From assembly GCA_965215015.1 (NCBI GenBank), contig OZ244042.1, positions 3,456,001 to 3,520,000 on the forward strand: a stretch of DNA of 64,000 nt. Direction: 5' to 3'. The notes below the pieces were generated by a model. That model did not search any database. It was not told the DNA's origin and worked only from the letters and a program-made list of their open reading frames with translations. Position 1 is the stretch's first letter. Every line of letters begins with the position of its first letter. The translations under genes and the position numbers were made by a program. Of this stretch, positions 28,091 through 39,220 are shown one piece after another. The stretch comes from Candidatus Poribacteria bacterium (GTDB lineage Bacteria; Poribacteria; WGA-4E; PCPOR2b).

Positions 28091-28223
28091 GTGATTGATG
28101 AGGGTATTTTTTATAGAAGGGAAGGCGGCTGAAAGGCAGTGATAGCGGGTTGATGACGGAATTTTTTAAGATGATTAGCTGCGGGGTGCCCATTATAAAA
28201 CGTTGATGTACTTTCCAGCAATC

Positions 28224-28263
28224 TGCTGAAAATTTAGGCAGCGAATCACCTAAATTTCAGGCA
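28224..28263. promoter_or_regulatory. Tandem NtrC-like upstream activator sites
   Basis: TGCTGAAAATTTAGGCA and CACCTAAATTTCAGGCA (TGC-N11-GCA-like), 135-175 bp upstream of the sigma54 site. Confidence 0.55.
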
Positions 28264-29069
28264 AGGGGGATGCACCTGAGGCCGATTCTTGTGTGCTTGA
28301 TCATGGCTTTACATTGTGCGGAGTTTTAGATATAATTGAATAACGCAGATTACCACCTGTCGCCCCGCAGGAGCAAATAAAAAAACGCAATGAGTAGATA
28401 GGGGTTTTTCTCTGAATTTAACTTACCCCCTCAGTCCCCCCAAGCAGGGGGAGGCGCAAGCGGGGGGTGTAAGCCCTGATTCCCTTGCCCTTCCAAGGGA
28501 ATGCTTACCGAATCGTGGATTCACGGTTTCATCGGGATTGGAACAAGAAACGAAACCGGAACTTTCCCTTACGAAGGGGAAGACGGGAAGCCGATTCTCT
28601 CGCTTTCGCGTTTTCTTTTTTTACGTCTTAATCCTCTGGGGGGCTTGCGTTTTATTAAAAGCCAGTAAGACTTATCCCTTAAAAATACGTAGGGCGTGAT
28701 GTGGAAGAAAAACCATCTCGATACCTTACATAACATATTTAGGTATCAGGTATCGGGTTTTCTTTGTCCCACACCCCTTTCAAATGCTACTCCGCCCCGG
28801 TAAGATCGGGGGCCCAAAGCAACTGGAGCGAAAGAAAATAGCGACATTTTTCTATAGACATATCGCTCCACTGGGGCTATAGGTCGGGCAAGATGCTCGA
28901 CCTACGGGTGTGGTGTGTTTTGACACCTATCACAAATACCCGGCACTCACCAAACTGTTCTAGGCTCAATGAACCAAGACCGGGTATTTGGGCTTTAGGC
29001 GACAACTTGAGTTATTCGATATCTGATGATTGGGACAATGGATTTTCGACTCCCACCTTAGGAGGCATC

Positions 29070-30059
29070 ATGAGTCATCCGGTAAAAATCGGTTTTGTTG
29101 GAACAGGCGGCATCGCAAATAGCCATCTCCGCAACCTTGCAGAAATGGAAAATGTGGGTATCGCAGCTCTATGTGATATTGACGAGTCGCGTGCGAATGC
29201 GGCTGTCGAAACTTACGGCGGACGAGCATACACAGATTATCGCAAGATGTTTGATGAAATGGATCTGGATGCTGTCTATTTCTGTCTACCTCCCTTCGCT
29301 CACTGCGATGCAGAAATAATCGCAGCGGAACGAGGACTTCATCTGTTCGTGCAAAAACCGGTTGTGCTAGAACTTGAGGCCGGGATTCGCATTGCGGAAG
29401 CTATTGAAAAAGCAGGCGTAATTTCCTGTGTTGGCTATCAAGGACGGTATGGCAATGTCGCAGCTGCTACGCGTGATTTCCTCAAGGATAAAACCATCGG
29501 TATGGTTGCTTGCCATCGTTGGGGAGGTGTTCCCGGGGGACCTAACCATTGGTGGCGCGTGATGGAAAAATCGGGGGGGATGCTTCATGAACAGGCAACT
29601 CACCAACTCGATATGATTCGGTACACCGCCGGTGAAATTGTCGAGGTCTATAAGATTGATGCCATGCAGATTAATGTCGATCAGGAAAATCATACGATTC
29701 CTGATGCGGAGGTAGTTACGCTTGAGTTTGAGAGTGGGGCAGTTGGTTATATTTCGACTAGTTCAGCGTTGATTAATGGTGGCGGCGGATCGCGCACCGA
29801 TTTTATCGTCGAAGGGCACTACACCGTTCAGCTCGGTTGGGGGGATGTGCGAATCGTTCCCGCAGACGCGGCGACGATTGCGGTGCCCGATGGGCAACCC
29901 TTCTCGATTGATGAGGCGTTTATCCGAGCGATTCAGACGGGGGACAGATCGGTGATCCGGTCTTCCTATGCAGATGGACTCAAATCGGCAGCGGTGTCGA
30001 TTGCTGCGAACCAATCATCGCGTGAACGTCAACCGGTGCGCGTGCCAGCGATCTCGTAG
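29070..30059 (+). CDS. Gfo/Idh/MocA oxidoreductase
   Basis: IGFVGTGGIA, FVQKP and HQLD motifs; GGAGG RBS before ATG 29070. Confidence 0.9.
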   Translation: MSHPVKIGFVGTGGIANSHLRNLAEMENVGIAALCDIDESRANAAVETYGGRAYTDYRKMFDEMDLDAVYFCLPPFAHCDAEIIAAERGLHLFVQKPVVLELEAGIRIAEAIEKAGVISCVGYQGRYGNVAAATRDFLKDKTIGMVACHRWGGVPGGPNHWWRVMEKSGGMLHEQATHQLDMIRYTAGEIVEVYKIDAMQINVDQENHTIPDAEVVTLEFESGAVGYISTSSALINGGGGSRTDFIVEGHYTVQLGWGDVRIVPADAATIAVPDGQPFSIDEAFIRAIQTGDRSVIRSSYADGLKSAAVSIAANQSSRERQPVRVPAIS

Positions 30060-30336
30060 GAGACAATTCATTAGGAGTTACGCAGTTGAACGTTCAAAGC
30101 CTCGTAGTAAGTAAATCGAGGTTCATATCTTGACACAAGACCGTTAATTTGCCAAGATTGACAGACATCAGGGCACCCCTTGGGGGTGCCCGCAAACATT
30201 ACAAACCGGGGATACATCATTTCGTAGGGAACGGCGATCCGCGTTCCCTAGCTCCGCTCACTAAATTGCGCGACTGCCAGCTGAAGTGCGTAACCCCTAA
30301 TTCATACTAGGAGAAATTCAATAATGGAGGTAGCGA

Positions 30337-31179
30337 ATGATTATTGACACACATACACATTTCTATGATCCAACGCGGCCCGAGGGCATACCTTGGCCCG
30401 ACCCTGACGATGACGTGCTTTATCGTCCTGTGTACCCGGAGCACCACAAGGCACTTGCCATTCCTGAAGGTGTAACTGGAACCGTCGTTGTTGAAGCGAG
30501 CACATGGGTTGAGGATAACCAATGGATACTTGACCTTGCGGAAAATGAACCATTTATTGTTGGATTTATTGGGAATTTAGACATTGACTCGGCGGATTTT
30601 GAGGGTAATCTTGAACGCTATGCCGCGAACCCACTTTTCCGGGGTGTACGGCTTCGAGGGATAGATATCGGGGCGGTTGTAAGCAGTGGAAATCTCACGA
30701 ACATTGAGCGGTTGGCTGCGAAGGATTTATCGGTAGACCTTTTATCATCGCCAGGTGATTTGCCGAGCGTCGCCGCACTAGCATCGAAAATCCCTGAACT
30801 GCGTATTGTCATTAACCATGTTGCCGGTGTGCCTATTGATGGGAAGGCACCAGATGCGGCGTGGGTTGAAGGAATGCAGAGGGCAGCGGAAAACGACCAT
30901 GTCTACTGTAAGGTATCAGGATTAGTGGAAAATACGCAAGACAAGCCCTCACCTACCGATGTGGCCTACTATGCACCGACGGTGGATGTACTGTGGGACG
31001 CATTTGGGGCGGATCGGTTGGTCTACGGAAGCAATTGGCCCGTATCTGAACGCTTTGCCGACTATGCGACGGTACAGCGCATTGTATCCCAATACTTCAA
31101 TACCAAGGGGGTCGTCGCCGCTGAGAAGTATTTTTGGAGGAATGCCACGGCGGCATACAAGTGGTTAGATCGGGGATAA
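30337..31179 (+). CDS. Amidohydrolase-2 family protein (sugar lactonase-like)
   Basis: IDTHTH, VINH, KVSGL and YGSNWP. Confidence 0.9.
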   Translation: MIIDTHTHFYDPTRPEGIPWPDPDDDVLYRPVYPEHHKALAIPEGVTGTVVVEASTWVEDNQWILDLAENEPFIVGFIGNLDIDSADFEGNLERYAANPLFRGVRLRGIDIGAVVSSGNLTNIERLAAKDLSVDLLSSPGDLPSVAALASKIPELRIVINHVAGVPIDGKAPDAAWVEGMQRAAENDHVYCKVSGLVENTQDKPSPTDVAYYAPTVDVLWDAFGADRLVYGSNWPVSERFADYATVQRIVSQYFNTKGVVAAEKYFWRNATAAYKWLDRG

Positions 31180-31548
31180 CTTGAAACGTTATCGTGATAC
31201 CGCGCCGTGGGTAAGGAGTGCGGCGGGTGAATCTAGGACGTGTTGACATTTTGCTGTTGCCAATTAGCAATCTGTAAAATGTTAACAATTTGTAGTATAG
31301 TCTCAACCCTGGTAAATCGGGATTTCGCTACACTCAACCTATGGATCTATATTCATATCTCAACAAAATACCCGGACTATAGCGCAACATTCCTGACGGA
31401 TTGAGTCAATCATGTGGCGCAACAGCGTCTGGTATTCTGTTGTGTAATGTTCTAGCTATCTTCGATTAATGTCAACAGAACCGAGGCACCATGAACTGAC
31501 TCGCAACCGTACGGGCTTACTCAGCCAAGACGGTCGGCGGAGAGAGGG

Positions 31549-32508
31549 CTAGGTATCTGCAAGAACTTCTCTTATACCTGCAACGATGTTATCCCGATCC
31601 GGGAATACATGGTCTTCGAGTCCGGGGCTATACGGTATCGGTACGTGCAATGCACAGACACGCTTGGGCGGTGCTTTCAGCTTTGTAAAGGTCTCCCTAT
31701 CCTCAGTGACTACAGTCACGATCTCTGCCGACGCCCCTGCGGTGGGACCCGCCTCGTCAGCGATGACCAACCTACCGGTTTTCTGCACAGAGGCACAAAT
31801 TGCTGCCTCATCCAGAGGCACGAGGGTGCGCGGATCAATGACTTCAACGGAAACGCCCTCTTTCTCAAGTGTTCTGGCTGCGGCAAGTCCCTCGTGCACG
31901 AGCCAAGCCAATGCCACCAATGTGACATCGCCCCCTTCCCGTTTGGTGTCAGCGACCCCCAATGGCACGGTGTAGTCCTCCTCCGGCACCTCACCTTCAA
32001 CGCCCATGAGCCGATTGGATTCAAACGAGATGACGGGGTTATCGTCGCGGATGGCGGATTTGAGCAATCCTTTCATATCGTAAGGTGTTGAAGGCAACAC
32101 CATCTTCAATCCCGCAAGATTCATAAACATTGAATAAGGGCTCTGGGAATGTTGAGCAGCAACCCGCCTGCCGCCTCCGACCGAGGCGCGAAATGTGATG
32201 GGAAACTTCGCTTGGCCCCCAAACATATAGTGAATTTTCGCTGCCTGATTCACGATTTGGTCCATGGCGACAAAGGAAAATGTTATCATGCCCCAGTTGA
32301 TGATCGGTCGATAGCCGGACCCTGCTGCGCCGATGGCAATGCCTGTAAACGCACCTTCGGCGATGGGTGTGGCACGCACCCGTTCGGTGCCAAATTCATT
32401 GACCAGTTCGTCCGGCGCGCTAGTTGCGAGGTGAAATGTAGCTGCATCCCGCTGCATCTCTTCGATGAGCGCGTCAGTTCCGGCTTGTGCATACGAGATT
32501 TTTCGCAT
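31549..32508 (-). CDS. 2-oxoacid/acetoin dehydrogenase E1 beta subunit
   Basis: TPIAE, AMDQIVNQAAK, AAQHSQS and EVIDPRTLVPLD; start revised to ATG 32508. Confidence 0.9.
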   Translation of the reverse strand: MRKISYAQAGTDALIEEMQRDAATFHLATSAPDELVNEFGTERVRATPIAEGAFTGIAIGAAGSGYRPIINWGMITFSFVAMDQIVNQAAKIHYMFGGQAKFPITFRASVGGGRRVAAQHSQSPYSMFMNLAGLKMVLPSTPYDMKGLLKSAIRDDNPVISFESNRLMGVEGEVPEEDYTVPLGVADTKREGGDVTLVALAWLVHEGLAAARTLEKEGVSVEVIDPRTLVPLDEAAICASVQKTGRLVIADEAGPTAGASAEIVTVVTEDRETFTKLKAPPKRVCALHVPIPYSPGLEDHVFPDRDNIVAGIREVLADT

Positions 32509-32551
32509 AATAGGTTGCCCTCCATAATTTTCGATTAGGATTGAAAGGATT

Positions 32552-32983
32552 TCACGGAAGAAAACGGCATTTCTCTTCGGGGCTCGGAATTCGACATGTA
32601 TCTCTCTGCCCGAACCATCGGTATCGATTTCGAGCGACAGTTCGATAAACGAAATCCCGCATACCTCGTGGGACAAGACGCAACAGGTTCAAGAACCACC
32701 ATACCCCTCCCAAACGGCGATATACCTCCAGAAAAGCATCTGATCTCTCATAAATTCCCTGCTCGTCTAAATAGAGCATAGACCACTTTTGAGGTGCTTC
32801 GGAAAGTGGCGGTAGCAATTGCTTGGCAGTTTCACCTTGAATTGGCGCGAATCTGAAAATCTGTTTGCTGTCAATTCTCAAGATCAGATCTACGAATCGG
32901 TTGCACATACCGCACACACCGTCAAAGAAGATGATAGGTGGGTTCGCGATACCCTTTGTTATTTTGTCTGTCTCTGGGTGCAT
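32552..32983 (-). CDS. DCC1-like thiol-disulfide oxidoreductase (DUF393)
   Basis: FFDGVCGMC and RDFVYRTVARNRYRWFG. Confidence 0.9.
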   Translation of the reverse strand: MHPETDKITKGIANPPIIFFDGVCGMCNRFVDLILRIDSKQIFRFAPIQGETAKQLLPPLSEAPQKWSMLYLDEQGIYERSDAFLEVYRRLGGVWWFLNLLRLVPRGMRDFVYRTVARNRYRWFGQRDTCRIPSPEEKCRFLP

Positions 32984-33615
32984 GATAGAGGTGAGCGGTT
33001 GAGTCCGGCGACAGTGCGTGTAATTTAATCTAAGCTGCTACCTAATTTAAACCTATCAGGTCTTACGCAGTTGAACCCTCGAAGCCTTGCCGGTCGAGAT
33101 TCTTATCTCGAACCCAAATATCCATAGTCTCGACTTTGGAAAATCGACCGACAGAGGGCCTATGTGGGTGCATTTGGTAGTTTAGGTGCCCCCGATTTCA
33201 GTGAGGGCAGGCTCTGCCTCACGATTACAAATTCGGTGAAGATACCTCTCAATGCCCGATGAATCGGGGGCGACGGATTGAGAAACGATTGAACGTTCGG
33301 GAAAATCTGTTGGCTCGTGTGAATAGCAATTAGCGAAGATTCGGGTAGATTCATGGTTGAAAAATACCCTCCGCCAATCTCCGCCAATTGATATGAATGA
33401 AAAAGGTGTTGGATCTCGGCTTTAGCGGAGGGCATAGATAGGGACAAACGCGCCATGAATTGCGCTACTACGAACAGTGTTATTTATTTTGAGAGGAAAC
33501 CCAACCCCTACAGGTTGGTGTTCCGTCTATAAGTTGTTTCTAGTAGATGTCGAGTAAGGAAACTTGACCTATGGGTTATCTAGCAACTTGGATTAATCTA
33601 GAAAAAAGTGTCTGA

Positions 33616-34581
33616 TTATTCGGCGAAGATATCTTCGACAGCCGCCTCTGGATCTGGAAATGGGCTTTCCTCGGCAAATTTGACCGCGTCCTCAATTGCT
33701 CTGAGGATTTCAGTGTTCATTTTTTGCCACCCTTCCTCGGTCAAAAGTCCTTGATCCATTAGGTTCGTCGCAAAGCGGTTGATGGGATCCCGCTGCCGCC
33801 ACGCTTCAATTTCTTCTTGCGGACGTGGGTCCGTTTGCCCCGGTCTCTCGGTATGTCCGCGCCAACGATAGGTCTTGCACTCGATGAGAGTGGGCCCTTG
33901 GCCCGCACGCGCCCGGCCGACCGCGGCTTCCGCAGCTTCATAGACCGCCATCACATCGTTGCCATCAACGACCACCCCCGGAATGCCATAGCCGGCGGCG
34001 CGGGCTGCCACGTCACTAAGGGCTAAGGTTTCGGCTGCTGTGGTGCCGGCGGAATAGAGATTGTTCTCGCAGACGTAGAGCATCGGCAGTTTCCACGTAG
34101 CAGCGATGTTGATCGATTCGTGGAACGGACCTGCGTTCGAAGCACCGTCCCCAAAGAAGGAAACGGCGACACGGCCCTTGCCTTCGAGTTGGGCAGCCAG
34201 GCCGGCACCGGTTACGATAGGAATGCCGCCGGCGACAATGCCGTTGGCTCCCAACATGCCGATGCTGAAATCGGCGATGTGCATGGAGCCGCCTTTGCCT
34301 TTGCAGTAACCAGTTTGTCTGCCGTACAGTTCAGCCATCATCCGATTCAGATCGGCACCCTTGGCGAGACAATGTCCGTGCCCGCGGTGGGTGCTGATGA
34401 TCTGGTCATCTCTATTCAGTGCTGCACACACCCCTACAGCGACAGCTTCCTCACCGATGTAGCAGTGCACGACGCCGTAGATGGCACCCGCCTGATAGTC
34501 ATCAGATGCTCGCTCCTCAAAGCGACGGATGGTCTGCATCGAGCGTAGCATCTCAAGCTGTTTCTCTGTTGTGAACGTCAT
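33616..34581 (-). CDS. 2-oxoacid/acetoin dehydrogenase E1 alpha subunit
   Basis: STHRGHGH, KGKGGSMH, GDGA...ENN TPP motif and TYRWRGH. Confidence 0.93.
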   Translation of the reverse strand: MTFTTEKQLEMLRSMQTIRRFEERASDDYQAGAIYGVVHCYIGEEAVAVGVCAALNRDDQIISTHRGHGHCLAKGADLNRMMAELYGRQTGYCKGKGGSMHIADFSIGMLGANGIVAGGIPIVTGAGLAAQLEGKGRVAVSFFGDGASNAGPFHESINIAATWKLPMLYVCENNLYSAGTTAAETLALSDVAARAAGYGIPGVVVDGNDVMAVYEAAEAAVGRARAGQGPTLIECKTYRWRGHTERPGQTDPRPQEEIEAWRQRDPINRFATNLMDQGLLTEEGWQKMNTEILRAIEDAVKFAEESPFPDPEAAVEDIFAE

Positions 34582-34614
34582 GTTTGTTTCCTCCCCAAGG
34601 CCTCATCTATCGCC

Positions 34615-35157
34615 TCAAGTCTCAGTCTTTGCTTGTCGAAGCAGCACCGTCCGCCCTAACACAATGACAGCAATTAAGAGCGCAACGACAGGACCGAACC
34701 AAGTATGTTCTTTTGGCGCGGTCAATATGAAAATATAGATAAATCCAAGCAGATACCATATCCTATCTAGCCACCCTTGCACTGACCGAGCAGCGAGATA
34801 CGTGCAAGCCAGCGTGCTAAACGCAATCCATATCCATGAGAATAACCCCGGGGTCCAGCCATAGAAAGGAATGCTTATAAGAGCAGCACCTTTCCAACCC
34901 TTTGGGAATAGATCAAAGGCGTGGTGGACAGCGAAACCGATACTGATACCCATCGCAAACGCGTGTAGTCCAAAGCGAATTCTTAATGCCAGTAAAAACA
35001 GTATAAGGGGAATCAGTGGACTGTGCGTGATGATGGAGCGGTGGAGTAGCAGGTTGGTCCATTGATCGATATCTGGCATGACGATGCCGCAGCGAAGCCC
35101 TGCTACAACGAATACCGGAGCTACCAAGGTAACTAGGAATCTACCCATCGCCTGCAT
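34615..35157 (-). CDS. Membrane protein, metal-dependent hydrolase-like
   Basis: PDID...HRSIITHS...HHAFD motifs and several transmembrane segments. Confidence 0.65.
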   Translation of the reverse strand: MQAMGRFLVTLVAPVFVVAGLRCGIVMPDIDQWTNLLLHRSIITHSPLIPLILFLLALRIRFGLHAFAMGISIGFAVHHAFDLFPKGWKGAALISIPFYGWTPGLFSWIWIAFSTLACTYLAARSVQGWLDRIWYLLGFIYIFILTAPKEHTWFGPVVALLIAVIVLGRTVLLRQAKTET

Positions 35158-35178
35158 GTCAGTCCTCCTATTATGCTA

Positions 35179-36909
35179 TTATGCGGGTCTATCGCCCTTC
35201 TGCACCGGTGCGGTCCGGCTATCGACGCCGGGCAACATTTTTGCCGGATCTCGAGTCACAATCACGTCAATGATGGTGGGTATATCGTGTGCAGCGATGC
35301 CTTTGGCGAATGCTGCCCCTAGTTTGGAAGGTTCTGACACCCGAATACCGTGGCACCCGAGCTCACGAGCGACGTTTGCATAATGGGTTTCACTTAAATC
35401 GCTTGATTGATAGCGTCCGCCGTACAGACTGTGCTGGAGGGCCTTGACGTAGCCGGAGGCGGCGTTGTTCACGATGGCAAGGGTGAAACCGAGACCGAGA
35501 CGGCGCGCTGTCTCAAGTTCCCCAAGCATCATGTTGAATCCGGCATCGCCGGTAAGCCCGACCACCGGTGAATCTGGCGCAGCAAGCTGTGCACCGATAG
35601 TTCCCGGTAGCCCGTATCCGATGGAGGCGAATCCTCGATTTGCGATGTAGGAACGTCCCGCGCGGGTTGAGTCGTAGAGCAATCCAGTCCAATGGGCGGC
35701 AAATCCGCCATCAACGACAAGAATCCCGTCATCGGGCATGACGCCTTGCAGTTCGCGGACCAATCTCGCCATGTGAATTGGACGTTCTTCGGAGGCGTAG
35801 CGCGGTTCTGCCTCTGCCCGCCAAGCTGCCATTCGCTGTGCCACTTCCGCTAGGTAGGTTGTGTGTTGGGTCTGTAAGGTTTCGGCGTCGTTAGCAAGGC
35901 TAGCGTGGAGGTCGAGCAATCCTTCAGCGGCATCTCCCCAAAGCGCGACTTCCGTGGGGGTCGTGCGTCCAATTTCCTCCGCCACGATATCGAGATGGAT
36001 GAACGGAACACCCCGCGGCATTAGGGCGTAGCGTTTGGTGGCAATCTCGCCCATTTTGCAGCCGACTGCGAGGATGCAATCTGAAGTTTCGATTAGGTCG
36101 TTGGCAATCCGAGACCACCGACCGAATAGCCCTACACTCAGTGGATGTGTACACGGAATGGCACCCTTCCCGCTCAATGTCTGAGCAACCGGAACGCTGA
36201 AATCTTCGGCGAATTTGAGCAGTGCTTCATAGGCACCTGAGAGATGGATGCCACCTCCGGCGAGTATGATCGGTCGCTTGGAGCGACGGAACTGTGCTAT
36301 GGCTCGTGCAACCGCTTCGCGCCCCGGACGGGGCCGCTGGGCTGGGATGCGGATGGTTGCTGGATCGGCATAAAACTCATCGCTTGGGTAGTCAAATTCT
36401 CCATGTGCCACGTCTTCGGGGACATCCAGAACGACGGGGCCTGGTCGCCCGGAGGTGGCGATGGCGTAGGCACGTCGCACCAGTTCGGGGATGCGAAGCC
36501 CATCTTCGATCCGAATCAACGCCTTGACCGATGGGGCGAGAATCTCCGACTGGCGTGCCTCCTGGGTCATATTTTTCCAAGAATGGGCACGATTGCTGTT
36601 GCCAACGATAACGATGAGGGGCACCCCCGCATTCAACGACTCGACGAGTCCGGTCACTAAATTTGTGGCTCCCGGACCGAGCGTGGCGTCGCAGATACCG
36701 GGGCGTCCGGTCACTCGTGCCCATGCGTCGGCGGCGAACACACCGCACCGCTCGTCGTTGATGAGTGTATGTTTGAGCCCGAGTTCGCGCACTGCGTCGT
36801 AAAAGGGCAATAGCTGGAACCCAGCCATACCGAACATCGGGGCGGGGTTATGGCACTTGAGCATTTCGGCGAGCCCTTGTCCGCCGTTCATCTGTCGAAA
36901 TGAAGACAT
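35179..36909 (-). CDS. Thiamine-diphosphate enzyme (acetolactate synthase-like)
   Basis: GPGATN, GRPGPV and GDAGF...NN TPP-binding motif. Confidence 0.9.
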   Translation of the reverse strand: MSSFRQMNGGQGLAEMLKCHNPAPMFGMAGFQLLPFYDAVRELGLKHTLINDERCGVFAADAWARVTGRPGICDATLGPGATNLVTGLVESLNAGVPLIVIVGNSNRAHSWKNMTQEARQSEILAPSVKALIRIEDGLRIPELVRRAYAIATSGRPGPVVLDVPEDVAHGEFDYPSDEFYADPATIRIPAQRPRPGREAVARAIAQFRRSKRPIILAGGGIHLSGAYEALLKFAEDFSVPVAQTLSGKGAIPCTHPLSVGLFGRWSRIANDLIETSDCILAVGCKMGEIATKRYALMPRGVPFIHLDIVAEEIGRTTPTEVALWGDAAEGLLDLHASLANDAETLQTQHTTYLAEVAQRMAAWRAEAEPRYASEERPIHMARLVRELQGVMPDDGILVVDGGFAAHWTGLLYDSTRAGRSYIANRGFASIGYGLPGTIGAQLAAPDSPVVGLTGDAGFNMMLGELETARRLGLGFTLAIVNNAASGYVKALQHSLYGGRYQSSDLSETHYANVARELGCHGIRVSEPSKLGAAFAKGIAAHDIPTIIDVIVTRDPAKMLPGVDSRTAPVQKGDRPA

Positions 36910-36928
36910 AAATCCTCCTTGCCCTCAG

Positions 36929-37747
36929 TTACGAAGTAAGCAATTCTGCGAAGGCGGGCACCGTCATGCCGATGGTGGCACCGCGTTTGGCAGCTTGCGT
37001 GTTGATATGTGAGATGACTCCGCTCCGCCATGCTGAACGCGCATCGCCGATGCGAGCGGTCATGGTGTCAACTGTGGCCGCCGGAGTGGAATTTTGGTCA
37101 AGGATTCTGAGACGCTGAACCCCAGCCCTATCTATCCCGACGCCGGCATCGTTGAACACTGCGCCTCGTGCCTGTACTGCAAGTCCATAACCGGGTCTAC
37201 CAGCAAGTCTCCCACCATGCGAACCTGTAATGATGAGTGCCCCGGCATCGTCGGGCGTGACAAGCGATGCTGAGTCGCAGGCAAGCACTCTCACCGGCAC
37301 TTCACGCAGCAATTTGCGCGTTTCCTCGTAGGCCGGTGCCTCGCTTTCAAATGCGTTGCCGCGTTGCATAATTTCTGCTGCTTCTCGGCAGGTCTGACCT
37401 ATCACACATCCGAGGGAGATGGCGACTGTATTGCAGTGACTAATCTGTCCGCGTGCGAGCATGTCAGCACCATCTCCGATACGTGCCGATGTATGGCCAA
37501 CCGCTGCTGCTGCCATCCCTAGTAACTGTAGGTAATCGAGGGCCCCGATGCCCGCGCTATCCATCCCGACACCCGCATCATTGAAAATCACACCGCGCAA
37601 GCCTGCGAGTGCTGCCAGATACCCGCAGTAGCTGCCACCGTGGGAGCCGACTACGAGCACGGTTCCCCGGAATTGGGGACCGAGTTTGGTGATGCTGTCG
37701 GCGACTTGAATGGTCCCGATTTCATCGGGATTCAAAACAACTTGCAT
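36929..37747 (-). CDS. Hypothetical protein with a tandem-duplicated domain
   Basis: Two copies of DS...GSHGG...FNDAGVG.D.AG...ARIGD...G.ISH.N. Confidence 0.75.
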   Translation of the reverse strand: MQVVLNPDEIGTIQVADSITKLGPQFRGTVLVVGSHGGSYCGYLAALAGLRGVIFNDAGVGMDSAGIGALDYLQLLGMAAAAVGHTSARIGDGADMLARGQISHCNTVAISLGCVIGQTCREAAEIMQRGNAFESEAPAYEETRKLLREVPVRVLACDSASLVTPDDAGALIITGSHGGRLAGRPGYGLAVQARGAVFNDAGVGIDRAGVQRLRILDQNSTPAATVDTMTARIGDARSAWRSGVISHINTQAAKRGATIGMTVPAFAELLTS

Positions 37748-38083
37748 CGAATCTCCCTTGCTAGTTGTCAGATATGTCGATTTTGGAGAATTGACCTATT
37801 AAAAATAGCGCAGGTTGTGCCCTATGCCCCCGTTGGGGCTTTAGCAACTCCTGTTAAAATATACCTGTTAAAATATATACGTACCGCTCCCCGATATACA
37901 TATCGCTCCTCTGACATTTCATTGCAACCAGATAATCGAAGGTTTTGCACAAACGCATGGTCCTCCGTATGGGTTGGGTCTCCCAACCCCTTGTTTACAC
38001 ATCAGAGACGATTCCGGACAGCTGTCGGTTGATTTTCCAAAATCGAAAATACCGAGAACATGACGACGGAGTATGCCACTGCT

Positions 38084-39220
38084 TTAATGGGGGGCAACCC
38101 GGAAGTGTTTCACTACATCTTCATTTAGCTCAAACCCCAATCCCGGACGGTCGGGCACTTGGATAAATCCGTCTGCATCAACCTCTACCGTTGGTGTCAG
38201 GAGTTCGGAGATGATTGGTGAATCCGGAAATGCGATGGGTGTCTCGAAATACGGCATATTCGGAAGCACCGCAGCGAGATGGATTTCTGCCGCCACGCCG
38301 ACGACGTGACACCAAGCATGTGGTACACAAATCAACCCTCTGCGATAGGCTGCCTCAGCAATCCGCGCTATCTCTCGAATCCCGCCTGAGCGGACTGAAC
38401 TAGGCTGGACCACATCCACACGTCCCTTCTCCATAATATCCTCAAACTCAAACCGTGTGGTGAAGCCCCAATCGCCTACGGCAATGCGGGTATCTACTGC
38501 ATCCGCCAATCGAGCGTACCCGGCGAGATTATCCGCCGGCAGGGGGGCTTCGATGAAAAACGGGCGGTATTCCTCAATCGCGCGGATCGAGGCGATAGCT
38601 TGTCCGACCTCGTACCAGCAATTCTGTACATCGATAAGGATTTCCCGGTCCTCACCGATGGTCTCGCGGACAGCACCCACAATTTCAGCGTCCCGCTGTA
38701 CGTTGACATGCCCGAAACCGCCGGGCCACTCCTCCAGTTTCATTGCGTAGAAATTTCGTTCCTTTGCCAGCGTGAAACGCTCGACAATCTCTGCTACATC
38801 CTCACCCGGTGGGTAGACGGTCGCATAGGGCATCACCTTCTTCTTAATCTCGCCGGTTTCCCGCACGGTACAGCAGGCGTGCCAGATCAGTTCGCAGACC
38901 GGCTTACCGAGTGTTTTGCCCGCAATATCCCAGAGTGCGGTCTCTACCGCTCCGATGGCTGCAATGGTAACGCCGCGTCGTCCAAATAAGCCTGTAGCGG
39001 AGTACATCTTCTGCCAGAGACGTTCAACCTGCAGCGGATCCTCGCCGTACAGAAGCCCCTGTAAGCCGCCATCGGTGCGAACAATGGCATCAATCACCAG
39101 TGACGGGGATTCAGCCTGTCCGATCCCGGTGATGCCCTCGTCGGTATGTACGCGCACTAGAGTCTCGTCCGCTTTGCCCGGATCTGTCAACGCAATGGTT
39201 TCTATTTCTGTGATTTTCAT
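38084..39220 (-). CDS. Mandelate racemase/enolase-superfamily enzyme
   Basis: VRVHTDEGITGIG, ALWDIAGK, FIEAP and PDRPGLGFE. Confidence 0.9.
   Translation of the reverse strand: MKITEIETIALTDPGKADETLVRVHTDEGITGIGQAESPSLVIDAIVRTDGGLQGLLYGEDPLQVERLWQKMYSATGLFGRRGVTIAAIGAVETALWDIAGKTLGKPVCELIWHACCTVRETGEIKKKVMPYATVYPPGEDVAEIVERFTLAKERNFYAMKLEEWPGGFGHVNVQRDAEIVGAVRETIGEDREILIDVQNCWYEVGQAIASIRAIEEYRPFFIEAPLPADNLAGYARLADAVDTRIAVGDWGFTTRFEFEDIMEKGRVDVVQPSSVRSGGIREIARIAEAAYRRGLICVPHAWCHVVGVAAEIHLAAVLPNMPYFETPIAFPDSPIISELLTPTVEVDADGFIQVPDRPGLGFELNEDVVKHFRVAPH

Noticed and set aside
33160-33456. 98-aa ORF between E1 alpha and the DCC gene
   Set aside because: Lies in REP-rich intergenic DNA with no family motif.
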